A stretch of 64,000 nt of DNA from Phyllosticta citribraziliensis. Taxonomy: Eukaryota. Shown one piece after another: positions 1-12,643 of this stretch. The translations under genes were made by a program, and so were the position numbers. The notes below the pieces were generated by a model. It saw only the letters and a program-made list of their open reading frames with translations. It did no database searches and had not been told where the DNA came from. The first letter of the stretch is position 1; each line of letters starts with the position of its first letter. The stretch is taken from the NCBI RefSeq assembly GCF_038025025.1, contig NW_027117342.1:1922001-1986000 (forward strand), given 5' to 3'.

Positions 1-41
1 TTTTCCCCCCTCGCTCCATGTGCTTGGCTGACTCTCTCAAG

Positions 42-568
42 TTTGGGACAATGTCTGGGGATTTGACTACACCCCGCTGAAGCACACCGCCCTTACCGAG
101 CCCCTCGTTGACACGGTCGAGATGAAGGCCGTTGTCACCGACCCGGCTCCCGTCTTCAACATTGACCTTTACACGGTTAAGAAGGAGGATCTCGCGTTTT
201 CGTCGCAATTTTCGCTCAACGTCCGTCGCAACGACTTTGTCCACGCCATCATCGCGTGGTTTGACATTGAGTTCACCGCGTGCCACAAGCCTATCAAGTT
301 CTCGACTGGTCCCCACACCAAGTACACCCACTGGAAGCAGACAGTTTTCTACATTCACGATGTTCTGACCGTCGAGACTGGCGAGAAGATTGTTGGCCAG
401 CTGACCAACAAGCCCAACGAGAAGAACCCTCGCGACCTGGACATTGCCATCAGCTACAAGCTGGAAACCGAGGACCCGCACAGAGTTGCCTCTGGCGCTG
501 GCCACTACAAGATGTAAGGTTGACGAGACTTGAGATCGGCACCAATACTAACAATCCGCAGGTGTTGA
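42..568 (+). CDS. HMT1: Type I protein arginine methyltransferase (PRMT1/Hmt1), 3' part; exon 42-513, intron 514-561, last exon 562-568
   Basis: Translation contains WDNVWGFDY, EPLVDTV, AWFDIEF and FSTGPHTKYTHWKQTVFY (PRMT THW loop). Splicing the GTAAGG...CTAAC...CAG intron gives the end YKMC*. The 5' part lies outside the window. Confidence 0.95.
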
Positions 569-2245
569 GAGGTTCCTTCCGAACTCTTTTTCCGAGGCGC
601 AAGATACCCCTCCGATCTTCGTAGGGCATGCAAGGTCGTCGAGACACGCCCCAAATGAGAATCGCGGATATGTTTTCCCAGCATAGATATAGATGCACGA
701 CACGCCGGAGATTTCATCAGCAGCATTCAGCGGACGGTGTTTCGCGGCATCCAGTGGTTCGTCTTCAAGAGACGGAATCCCATTGCAAAAAAGTGGCCGA
801 GGCTTGCTCATAAGCTGCTGCCCCTTCCCACAGGCCGCAACGAAAGTAGTCAGATTTCATAAGCATCCTACGGTGTTGGATTGGTCGGTGAAAAGGAAAC
901 TTCCATCGTCAGCATCATCAGCATCAACATCTCTATTGTATTGACGAATCTGTGACCACTTGTTCCTTCCGAGTGTTGGCTTGCCCTGGTTTTCTCTGAG
1001 ACGAGCGGCAAGTTGCGAGAACAGGCGGCTTTAATTTTGCTGATTTCGATAGTTTTAGACTCCTCCCCATCATCACGACTAACCCTGCCAAGCCAGATTC
1101 TCAGGTCTTGTACGGTTACGATTCGGCTAGTGAGGCGAGAAATCCGGCTGGAGACGATGAAAATATCCAGCCCGTATTGTCGAGATTCATGGCGCATCGA
1201 GAAGGTCACGCTCATCAATATTCGTCTCAAGACCATCGCGAAGACCGATTGATGGCCTAGCAGTACAAACTGGAGAAATGTGCAGCAAGCCGATGTGGAG
1301 AGCACGATTGCACTCGATGGGTTCGCATAACAGACGCAAAGTTCATGCCAAACAAGCGCGCCTCGACTGTCTAGCCTTACGGAGAGATACTACGTCAGGA
1401 GCACGCGAGTTCGTTGCCAGCCCCCGCGCGTATCTGGATTTTGTTTCCTGCCACGCGGGAAGAGCCGCTAAGTTGTGTGCGAAGGCTATCTCTTCACGGT
1501 TTAGAAAAGCGAGAAATGAGGCCAGACTTGTGTTTCACGGTTGGAGGGACGGTTGGTGGGGCGAACCGCGGCAAAGGGGTGGCAATAGTCGCGGAAAGAT
1601 ATGGCTACGCGCTTTTGTGGCTAGCAGCAGCCGGTTCGCACCTAAAGGAGTTTGACAGGCGATTCCTCCCCTTTTCCGCGTTCCCGGTCTGGCTGTCAGG
1701 TTTTGGAGCCGTTCGTGGTGAAAGCGAAAGAATGGGTGACCTGACTCTTCTTCATCTCCAGCACTTAGAGATCCTTACCTCGGAGGTGGCGGAACTGGGC
1801 GCCAGTCTACAAAGTCTCGTGTGCTCTTTCGCGTCTTTGGCCCAAAAGGACCGAAAGGGCTCTTGGATGCGGCCTGAAGAGACACGGGAAGATTTCCGCT
1901 CAGATCGAGTCCGAAGGCTTGTTTTGGACCCATTCGTGCGGTCCGGAATGGCGTAGCGTATGGCGTAGCGTAGCCAGATCAAGACGACGCTAGCTCAACA
2001 CGAAGAAGCAGACGAGCCGGACTCAGACGCAAAGCCTGGCGGCCAATCCGCCTTTCCTAGCAAAAGGGAGCCCAGAAGTCCGTGGCCCTGAATCGGACGA
2101 TTTTCAACCCGTTGGCATGGCGCATGGTGCGGACTTGTTGGCCGCCGAAGCACAACATTCCTTCTCTTCCAACATCGCCCCTCCACCTACTTGCTGCTGC
2201 ATCGCGGATCAGTAGCGGGCAAAGCAACTGCTCGCATCCCCGACC

Positions 2246-4705
2246 ATGGCGCAGTTTCTGACATTGAACGACTCGGTGTTCATGAACGACTTGATAAGCA
2301 ACATGCCGGATCTGGTGATGCATCGTCCCGACCCGGTTGTTGAGTACATGTACGTGCAGATCCACATGTCGATCCAACGTCAGTGCCTACTGCTTGCTCT
2401 TTTACTAACAACACACGAGTCAAGGCCCAGGTTCAGCTTCGAGGGCAAACACAGACCAGAATTGATACCCGAGGAGGACGAGGGAGATGAAGCTGCACCA
2501 CCCGTTGACGTGCCCCGCTGGCGCTCCTATTCGCAAAGACACTCGCATTCGCGCACGGCATCGCTCAGTAGACCGTTTTCGAGAGGACCGCATTTCAGGC
2601 AAAGAGACTCTTCACTGTCTCGTCAAGGGTCTGTGAGCTCAACTGCGCGGAGCGTCTTGAGCCGCCAGCACGTGGAGCGGTCGTTGAGCCTGAGGACGCA
2701 GAAGACGTCGTCAGAGGCAACTCAGTCTAGCCGACCCCAATCAGCCAGATCCGACTTGTCCATTGCATCATCCAAGGCTGCAAGTGTCCGCCAGCCTCCC
2801 ATTTTCCGCCGGCTTTCGAAGGAGATCTATGCCTGCATCATGCGGCAGCTGGAAGTTTTGCATTTTGGCAAGGGTGCAAACAGCTGTACGGCATGCTACC
2901 TGCGAGACTTGTACAGTCTATCATTGACCAGTCGGGTGTGGGAGAAGGCCGCCAGAGCGCACATGTACGCTCACTCTCAAATTGACTTGCGTTGAGAAAC
3001 TAACAGTGTCAGGTACGGAACCTTGTGGGTTCCAGCTCCGGACAGAGAAGAAGTGGGAAGGGTTGCGCCAACGAAGCCAACCCGTCTAAAGGCGCTTCGA
3101 AAGATACTGCGAGAAAAGTCTGCCTATGGCAACATGGTGCGCGAGATCAAGGCCTACGAGCTCCAGCAAGCCTTTGCCGAAGCAAACTACAACGAGGCCC
3201 AAGAAATCGTCAACGACCTTGCTTCCATCGTCATGGCCTGCCCCAACCTCGAGCGATTGACTGGATTCCACTGGATCTACAGACACGAGTTCGATCGCCT
3301 GAACCATGCTCTTTCTACCAGACTACATCTCAAGGAGCGCGCATGGCTGATTTCGCAGCCAGTAGACCACCAACCCGTTTCACTGGACAAGAGCGCACGT
3401 GTGGCTGCGCTGCAGTTGTATCCAGGCCCGACTGAGCTTTTCTTGCACCATCACGACTATTGTTCTAACCTCAAAACACTTTTCCTGCATGGCGAAGGAA
3501 CGGGGATAATGGATTTTCGCTCGTTCGTGGCCACCTTCCGCAAACTTCAGCATCTGGAGGACCTCCACCTCTCTAATTTTTCCACTGCCGACTTTAATGA
3601 CCGCACTCTGGCAGCAATTCCGCCGCTTAAGCGTCTCCGTCTGGATGCCCTGGATGGCGTCACGGATAAAGGCCTCACGCGTTTCTCCCAATCTCCTGCC
3701 GCCAAAGGCCTCACCTCCTTATCTCTCGTCGACCTCGAGATAATCGATCTTTTAATAGTTACGTCCTTTTTCAAACACTGCACCTCTCTCACCCGCTTCA
3801 CAATCGTACAGGAAGGCTCCCCCGGCATCGCCCCCTTTACCCCCGTTTACCGGCCAGTCTTTAGTTCCCTTTCACTCCGCTACCTGCATTGGGACATTCT
3901 CATGCCCGGGGCTGCCACGGAGGAGCTTGCCATCTCCATCGCCGAGGGCACATTCCCGCTGTTACGCAGGCTTCGAGCGCCGGCCGACCACGGCGGGCAC
4001 CTGCAGGACGTGTGCAGGCCCGTCTCTGATGTCATGCACGCGAGCGACGCGCAGCTGCTCAAGGAACAAGACGTCGCCGCAGAGCACGACTCGAAGCTGG
4101 ACGAGGACTTCTTTCCCCCTTCCACGTCCATATACCCAGCGTCTTCGATGCTTGAGACGGTCGAGGAAGTGCCGCCTATCAAGCCTTCGTCGCGCACCCT
4201 CCCTGCCGCGCGCCAGGCCGCACAGTCCCGCATCGACGCCGCCGCTTCGCTGTCGTTCTCGTCGCTATCTGATTCCGGGGCTGGCTCCGGCACACGGAGT
4301 CGAGGGTCCAGCCTCTCCAGCGTCGGCAGCAGCGTCGGCGGCGGCGCCATCACTTCACCCCACAATCATGGCTACAAACATGCTCACGGCGCCAACAAGC
4401 CGCAGATCCAAGTCGTCATCGAAGAAGAAGGCGTCGTTCATTCGCGCTACACCTTCAGCGGGTCCATGGGCTCGCCCGGGTCGCGCGTCGAGTACTGGCT
4501 GGAGCCCGACGTTGCGGGCAGCGACGAGGCCGTCGTGCGCGCGACGGACCTGCTCGGCGTGCGCATGCGCCGCACCGTCAGGACGTGGGCGGGCTCTGAC
4601 GCCGATGGCGTCGAGTGTGCGGGCATGGGCGCCGAGGACGCGGGCGGGAGGTGGCATAGGCCGCGGAGGAGAATCGTCCCGCTCGAGCTGGGGGATTTCT
4701 TTTGA
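2246..4705 (+). CDS. F-box-like / leucine-rich-repeat (RNI-like) protein
   Basis: ORFs 2246-2995 and 3023-4705 join through intron 2965-3012 (GTACGC...CTAAC...CAG); a further in-frame intron at ~2350-2424 is likely. F-box-like FRRLSKEIYACIMRQL...LYSLSLTSRVW is followed by LxxLxL repeats (CPNLERL, NLKTLFL, HLEDLHL, PLKRLRL). Confidence 0.75.
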
Positions 4706-6332
4706 TGTAGATAGGCGGCTGGTAGGTTAGTAGTATAAGGTGGCGCGCTCACATGTTGTTTTTGGGAGGAGATGGATGACGGACGGCGGGCTCTCAGAGT
4801 GCAGTGCTGCCGCAGGGAGGTGTTTTCGCCGAGTGGCTTGTTTTGGTGATGCGTTTCTTTGCGAGATACCCCTACGCATGAGTAGGTTTAAGCAATGTCC
4901 TAGTCGTAGCAAACTTTGGAGAGTCGACAGTTGTCGACCCGGCTTGGTGCCAATGCCATGGCAGTCGCCGAATACGATTGCCCAAAACCTACATGTAGGG
5001 AGCTGGAGTGCTCCGCGATGGTACCCTGCGAAATCGCCATCTGCTCTCGTATTTTTCATTACGTGTCCCGCGACTTGTGGCGATCAAACCAGCTTGAGGC
5101 GATAGTGGTGTTTGCTTGCTTGTTGCAGCAATAGCAGTATTTCAGGAGAAACATGGCCCGTCGATGCAACCCACGGCGGGTGCTAGCGTCCGCAGGTCAA
5201 CGCGCAGGGACAGCATGTCGGCCAGAGGAAAGTGCAAAACAATAGACGGGCAATCGTCACGCATGTCGAAACATTGACGGCACCATGATAGCGTCAGGAG
5301 CAAGCAGGAAGCTATCAACCACGTGCATGGCGCGAGCAGTGAGGGCGAATTGCGTGCACAAGTCACGCCTGACCGCTTCACTCTTGTTGATCCGAGGAGC
5401 TAGGAGGCGGGCCGCATCGAGCGCGTTTACCTCGTGTGCGTTGGTAGCTGGCTGGGAGCGGTAGAGCAGTAGACAGGGCAGATGGTTGAGTATGTAACGC
5501 GGGCGCATGAGGACAGATGCGTTTGCCGGCCAGTCTCCTTCCTTGCCTTGCAGTGCCGGTAGTCTAGCGCGAATTGGGCCGTGGCAGACCTGAGGGGGGA
5601 GAGAGATACATGCACGGGCCAGCAAGGCATGTCAGGCTCAAGGCCGGCGACGACGACATCGGGCGTGCTGCCGAGGGGATTGGGGATGATCGGTCTCTCT
5701 TACGGTCTGTCTGTCTTGGTCTTGGTCACGGCGGATGGTGGAGTGGATCGGGCTGGTTCCTTGGAATGGGGTCGTGAGGCGGCTGTTTGCGGAGGGCGCA
5801 GTGGAAGCGGAACGAGAATGCCCAGAGCGGAGACGGCGGGAGGAGCAGTAGAGGGACAGCATGGCGTGGATAATGTGCTGGTGGTGTGGGTGAAGTGGAG
5901 GTCCACGGCAGCCCAGCGCTGGTGGAGACAGCAGCAGCTTCCGCTCGCCGCCGCTAAGCCCGTTTGGTGCGGGTCGACACAAAGTTAGTTGAGCGTTCTC
6001 TCTCCGCGCGACCTTGACCAGCTTCAGCAAACTCGATTCTCTGCATCGCCAGCTTCCCACACACCTCTTGTTTGGCCTGCTGGGTGCTTTCCACAGGTTC
6101 TTCTGCTCTGACCTCGCCACCCGCCCGCCGTGTACGCGTGCGACCTGCGACCCGCAGCGCCCGTTACCCTCTAAGGTCTGCTCTTGGCCGGCCAGCAGCC
6201 CGGCGGCACACACCTTGCTCGTCGTCTTCCGTCGCCTTCGCGTCAACCTAACACCGCTCCGACTCTGCACCATCGACCAAGCCCTCTCCTCTGCCTCTCC
6301 AGCATCCTCACACCTTCCCCCCCCCTACAAAC

Positions 6333-9300
6333 ATGTCCGACGTACAGTCACGGTCGGTCGCTACGCGCGGCCGAAGCTCAGCTCGCGGTGGCCGGGGCGG
6401 CTACAGCTCCCGTGGTCCCAGGACGCACAAACAAGTCAATGGTTCTCACAAAAGCGCTTCCTCACTCGACGCGTCGACCGAAGAGGGCGAGCTCGGCGAA
6501 ATGAAGCAACAGTACGCCACGCAATTGGCGACAATCAAGGAGACGTTCCCTGACTGGACCGACCTCGACCTGCTTCTTGCTCTGCAGGAGAGCGACGGTG
6601 ATCTCAACCTCGCAAGCGAAAAGATCCTCGAGGGTGCGTGTCGTCTTGCCCCTGCCGTGTCTGTCGACTGCCCATCTGCTGACCTTGACGTCCACCAGGC
6701 CAAGTGTCCCAGTTTGCTGAAGTTCCTAAGAAGAACGACAGATCCCGCTCCAAGATCAAGGAGACCGCTCCATCCAACACTGATTCGGCCGCGGCGACAT
6801 CTGGTGCCACCCGTGGAAGGGGCCGCTTCGAGGGCACACGCGGTGGACGTGGTCGTGGTACTGAGCGAGGCCGAGGTGGATTCCGCGGTGGCCGTGGTGG
6901 AGCGCATGCCGCGAACGGCGCCCGCGCTGGAGGAGCCGTTTCTGTTCCTACCGTCGAGTCGGACGCCTGGGACAACAAGCAGCTGGACACCAGCGCTGCC
7001 GGAGCTTGGGACACTCCTGCGCAAGCCGACTCGGGAAATGCAGAGAACCATTGGGACAAGACGGCTACAACGGAGGCGACGCCGGCGCCCGCATCTGACG
7101 CAGTGAAGAGCAGCATCATTTCCGAGGCTCCCAAGAAGACCTGGGCCAGCATGTTTGCGAAGCCCAAGCCTGCTCCTGCACCCCCCAAGCCGGCTGCTGC
7201 TGCACCTCCACCGGAGCCCGCCCCGCCCGCTCCGCCTGCGGATGCCGAGACAAACAAGAACATCGAAGCCGCTGTGCAGTCTGAAGAGCTGCCCATCCCG
7301 CCGACTGCTGATGAAGCCCCCGTTTCGGAGCCTCAAGCTGCGGCTCCTGAACCACCCAAGGCGGTGCCTGAAGTGCAGGAAGCCACGCCTGCCCACCTTG
7401 CTCCCTCCACGGACGAGCTCACCGAAGAGAATCTCGAGAACTTGCCCAACGCTGCAGAGCCTGCCCCGACTGGCACGGCTGCCAGCACGATTGCGAGCGG
7501 CGCGAGCACGATTGGCGTCGCAACGCCTCTTCCCGTCTCGCAGCGCACCACCCCGGCGTCGCGTCCAGTTTTGGGAGGATTCGCTACTACCGCGCAAAAG
7601 GCCACTGCTGCCACACCCCGCACTGGCAGCTACCAGAGGAAGGTCATGGAACAACAAGAGGCTGTCGTCATGCCGGGCAACCATGCTGTTGACCGTGCTG
7701 CCGTGCAGTTTGGAAGCATGGGATTGAACGGAGATGCTTCGTTGGATGTTGACGAGGACCGCGAAGAGGCGGAGACGCGCGCTCAGCCGCCCCAGCACTC
7801 TCCTACTCAGCAGCCCAAGGCTTCTCTTCCTCCGGCTCCCCGTCCGCCTGTCCACAACGAACCTCAGGTTCAGCCCCAGGTTCAGGAGTCGATTCCAACC
7901 CCTAAGCCCGCTCCTGGTCTCCCTCCTGTTGCTCAGCACCAGCAAATGCCTCAGCAACAGTCGCCTGCCATCACCAACCAGTCGGCGCAACAACTCAACC
8001 AATTCGGCAGATTCGGCCAGAACATCCCGACGGAGCCCGCTGCCCAGAAGGCTTACGATCCCTTTGGGGCTCCTGTCTCCCAGCCCACCCAATTCGACAG
8101 CTTTCCAAGCCACTCCCAGAGCCTTCAACACTCGCAGGCGCCTTCCACCCTCGGTGGCTTCTCCACCGCCCCGAATGACTACTCGTCTTACTACGGCACT
8201 TCCGAAAACCAGCGCAACGCGTACCAGAACTACTACGGCTCCGCATACGGACAGCAGACCGGTGGGGCCCAGCAGGACGCGGACGCTCAGCCAAAGCCTG
8301 CCGCGTTTGGACAGACTGCTGAGTCCGCATTTCCCACCACACAACCCCAGCAGGTAGGCACTTTCCCACCAAGGTCTTTCAAGGCTCGGGTCTCTGAAAC
8401 AACTCGGGTCGCCCCTCGCCGTCATCTTTCCTCGGAAGAGGATAAAGATGGTCCATGGTTCCGAGGAGGCCATGACTCTGGCAGACGGCATCCGAGGCCT
8501 TCACTGAGACCTTTGTCATCTATCACAAATCTAGTACCTTCTAACATAACGAAACAGACACAGACCCGCTATGGAGACGCTCAAAACAGCGGTCAGAACA
8601 CCCCTGCTCCTTCGATTGCTGCTCAGCATCATCCTGCGGCTCAGTCTCAACACATGCACCAGCAGCCCCACGGCCAGACGGGCCATGGAGCATTCCCTTA
8701 TGGAAGCCACCCCTATTACAGCAGCCCTTACTACAGCGCCTACATGAACCAGTACGGAGGTGCCTACGGTCAGCAGGGATACGGCGCTCCCTTTGGCAAA
8801 GGTATGTACGGCCAGCCTCACCACGGCTACGGAATGTCTCCCCAGACCACCTACGACGCGCACGCATCCTCGCCCGCAAACGTAGGCGGATTCGGCGGCT
8901 CATCGATGCACGGCCGCGAAAGTGCCCTCGGTGGCGGTCTCGGCGACTACCGCGCCAGCTCCACCCAGCCTACGCAGACTCAGCAGCACACTGCGAGCAG
9001 CGGCGCGTTTGGTGGCATGCCGGACGTCTTTGGACGGAGCCAGGGAATGTTCCCCGGACAGGCTCAGCCCTATGGGCAGCAGGCTACTGCTTCCCAGGCT
9101 GCGAACGAGGACTCTTTGAAGCCTTTTGGCGACAAGACCGCCTCTGGCCCTAGCCCTTCGGCGCTGGGACAGCCCGGTCGTCCTGGTTCCGCTACCAACT
9201 CGGTTGGTCAGACCGCTCAGTCTGGCCTTCCTCCTCCCCAATCCCACCAGGGCTTTGGATACCCTGGATCAGGCTACGGGCTGGGTGGACTTGGCGGCCA

Positions 9301-9421
9301 CCAGGCTGGCCAGAGCCACGGCGGCGGATATGGAGCCTACGGAGCGGGCTTCGGCAGCTATGGTGGTGGCAACTACGGCGGCCGCGGAGGCGGTTGGGGC
9401 AACAGTTACGGTGGTCATTAA
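6333..9421 (+). CDS. DEF1: RNA polymerase II degradation factor Def1 (CUE domain, RGG and Q/G/Y-rich regions); introns 6634-6698 and 8354-8557
   Basis: N-terminal RGRSSARGGRGG, CUE-like IKETFPDWTDLDLLLALQESDGDL, KKTWASMF, EAVVMPGNHAVDRAAVQFGSMGL and a YGGRGGGWGNSYGGH end. Both introns keep the frame. Confidence 0.9.
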
Positions 9422-10178
9422 TCGTTGGCGTTCATGGATCGACCGGTTCATCAAAAAGCTCTCACTCATGGCAAGTGTGAATAACTGGACTGGCTTGCGA
9501 TACTGCGGGAAATGGGTCATCGGTTTGCAAAGGACTAAAGTTGCGCACCAACAATGGGATTAGGTTGCGAGGTTTGAAATGGCAACACGCATGGTCACGG
9601 CGGGAGGTTTTGTATTACCACAACTCGGCTCTCAAAAGGTTATTATCTCTGCTGTTCATTCTCTTTTCAGTCGACCTCTTCGTTGGTGCGGGAACTTTTT
9701 CCTCTCATTCGAGCGGGGGTCAGAGAGGACATGGGAAGTTCATTGTACGGGTTTCTCCTTTTTTTCCTTTCACTTTTCACTTTCTCACTTTTTCTGGTTA
9801 GGAGGTGTTTGTAAAGCAAGCACGATTCGAGCAAACTGCTCGGGGTATCAGTTCGCCTTGTCGGGCCATATCTGGAGTCATGCAGGCGGCGAGTGATGGG
9901 ATAGGGGGGTTGCAATTACCACACAATAACAACAACAACGAAGAGACCACGATGCCTGTTGCCACAACTTTTGTTTGTTTATGCATGGTGAGCTGGCGCG
10001 TCGCGCTGTGACAATCGGGATCCCCTGAAGGCGGTGCGGAATAACCTGAGCTTAAGTCCGACCTTGAACGAATTTCCCCTTAGCTCCCCCAAGCTTCCCA
10101 ACGACCCTCCCCCCACACAACGCTCCCAAGCTACCCATTATTCCACCACAACGGCCATCTGCCATCAATCGCCCGCAG

Positions 10179-11282
10179 ATGGCTCGCAAAGCCGCCAAAT
10201 CGAGCTCCAAAGGAGCAGTGGTGAAAAGCGCACCACCACCACCACCACCACCAGCGACCGCACCGCCGCCGTTCTCCCAGATCACACCCTCTCTCGAAGC
10301 CTTCGTCGACACGCTCGATCCCACCAAAATCTACATAACGCACATCGACACGTTCCCAACGGACTTTAAAAAACAAGTCTTCGCCATCCCGGCCATTCTC
10401 AACATCTTGCTTGTGGCCGTCATCGTGTGGCGTGCCTACGCCGCGGGGCCGACATACTGGGAAATGGTGCTGGCGGCGCTGGGCAATGAGACGGCGGCCA
10501 GCGTGACGCGCGAGACCAAGACGTGGGGGGAGCTGGCCACGATCGCGAGCAAGCGGGCAGTCATGTTCCTGTTCGACTACGCGCTGCTGGTGGGGGTGGG
10601 CAACTGGCCACTGACCTTCTTCGTGGCGCCGGGGCAGCAGGAGAGCGCGGCGTCGTGGCGGTTGCGGACGGGGTTCCGCGAGCGCGAGGTCTATGTGCGC
10701 GCGAGCCGCGGCTGGGGCCGCGACGAGCTGCTGGGCGACGAGGCCGAGGCGTTTGAGAGCGACGACAGCCCGCTGTTCCGCACGCTCATCTTGCCCGCCA
10801 TCGAGCGGCGCTTCGTCCAGGACAAGACGGGCTACGTCATGATGAACGACAGCTGGGACCTGGACTACAGCGCCATGGTGCACGCGACGCAGCTGCTGGA
10901 CAAGAAGGAGATTGACGAGGAGCCGTTCCGCAAGAGCGTGTGGGTGTACGCGGGCGACGGGGTGGGCTGGTGCGTGTGGGAGGTCCACAAGCTCGACGAG
11001 GCCAGCAACAAGAGCAATGGCGCAGAAGACGCGGGCCGCAAGAAGATTGTCGCTTTCAAGGAGCGCTTGGATGCCCTGGGCAAGGAGTCCCTCTTCTTTC
11101 GCTGGATCGAAATCGTCCAGTTCGAGAGCAGCCAGCCGGGCGGCTTTACGCCCCAACGCCAGCAGGCGGCCGCCAGAAAGGCAAAGGAGCTGTTTGACTC
11201 GCAAGGCATCGACTTTGAAAAATTTGTCCGCGAAGTTGGCGGGTTGGAGGGTTTGCCGGGTTTTGATGAGTCGAGTGGGTGA
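10179..11282 (+). CDS. Hypothetical membrane protein (about 2 TM segments), intronless
   Basis: 367-aa ORF with strong GC3 bias; hydrophobic segments VFAIPAILNILLVAVIVW and AVMFLFDYALLVGVGNWPLTFF; poly-Pro from a CCA run. Confidence 0.8.
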   Translation: MARKAAKSSSKGAVVKSAPPPPPPPATAPPPFSQITPSLEAFVDTLDPTKIYITHIDTFPTDFKKQVFAIPAILNILLVAVIVWRAYAAGPTYWEMVLAALGNETAASVTRETKTWGELATIASKRAVMFLFDYALLVGVGNWPLTFFVAPGQQESAASWRLRTGFREREVYVRASRGWGRDELLGDEAEAFESDDSPLFRTLILPAIERRFVQDKTGYVMMNDSWDLDYSAMVHATQLLDKKEIDEEPFRKSVWVYAGDGVGWCVWEVHKLDEASNKSNGAEDAGRKKIVAFKERLDALGKESLFFRWIEIVQFESSQPGGFTPQRQQAAARKAKELFDSQGIDFEKFVREVGGLEGLPGFDESSG

Positions 11283-12643
11283 GCATTTGTCGGTACTGCA
11301 GCCAGGAATCTTCTGATGGACGTCTCTTGAACGTCTGTCATGACTTTTACAGTCGCAGATTCATCTCAAACCACACCCCAGAACCTCGTGGCAATAGCGA
11401 GAAAATGGGCCTTTACTCCAATGCTTGCCAAGGCCCAAGCAACCACGGTGGACAATACACCACTACCAGAGCGGCCGCCGTATCCATGCGGTGCCTACTT
11501 GGAGCATCTCTGGCCAGCCTGCCGGATAATTGATTACCAACTCATCATCTCACACCGTTCATACACCACCTCGGCATCTACCATCTGGAAGAATCTGAGG
11601 CGACTGCCTGACATCCTGCCAAAGGGCCATTGCATATCATGTACGGCGTTTCAGAGGATCAGGTCCAAGCCAGCCTTGCGCTGTTGTTGCTTCAATGGAC
11701 ATGCTCGTGTCGACGAATAGTCAACAAGCGCACCTTCAGCTGCGAAGCTTTTGGTCTAAATGAGGAGGAGTGAGAGGATGATTGTCGATGTTGATGTTGT
11801 TTATGTCGTTGAACAAAGACTGTAGATAAGAACAATGTGTTATTGAGGAAAGCAAAAGTAACTCAAGCACGACAAGTCGTCGCCTGTGCGCATCACACAC
11901 CGTCCGCCACTAAACCATGAAGACAACGGTCATCGTGAGCCGTGAAATACATAGATATTTAGTCATCTTGACTAATCCCCAAGCAACAAGCTGAGCCAAA
12001 TAAAGTCCAGAACGCTCCTATCGAATAATCAGACCGGCGTTTGCTCGCGACTCAGCTCCCCACAGCTCTGCTTCCCGCCCTTGCAAATTCTCCGGTCATC
12101 AACGGGGCGCAGTCGTTGATGAGTTGTAATGTGATACTTTCTTTTTTCTCCTCCCCTTCGAATCGCCCGTTTCTTGGAATTGGTCGTGGCGCTAGGCTCG
12201 GACGGGATGTGGGGCCGCTTGGAGGGTTTCTTGATGAGATGCGAGCTCCGATGCCCAGGAGGTTCTTTCTGCTGGCTGCCGTTGCACTACCTACGTACCT
12301 TTGTTGTTTTGTCTTCCCAGGAATGAATTGTGACGAATGATCAAGTCGCCTGCACATGGTTTACCGTCTGGTGCAGATCAAAAGGCCTCGAAGCTTCGCG
12401 GCTGCATGGAGAAATCGTGGAAGCGCAGAGTGACGCAACGTTTCTGCGGCCATCAAACGCGCGCTGGCACGTATTAAAGCGCCGAAAAAAGAACGCGACA
12501 GCAACATGTCGCACAGAGCTCCAGCCTGAATTCCGCTGTGCTCTTTGCCCGTGAGAACAATCAATTGGGAACCCGCTGTTATACCGATCATCGTGATGTC
12601 GCCCCACCCCGTTCGTCACAGCGTCTCGACCGTTGTTCGATTG

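Noticed and set aside
6446..8491. 681-aa antisense ORF over DEF1
   Set aside because: Shadow of a GC-rich, codon-biased sense gene; no domain features.
10131..11204. 357-aa antisense ORF
   Set aside because: Mirror of the high-GC3 gene at 10179-11282.
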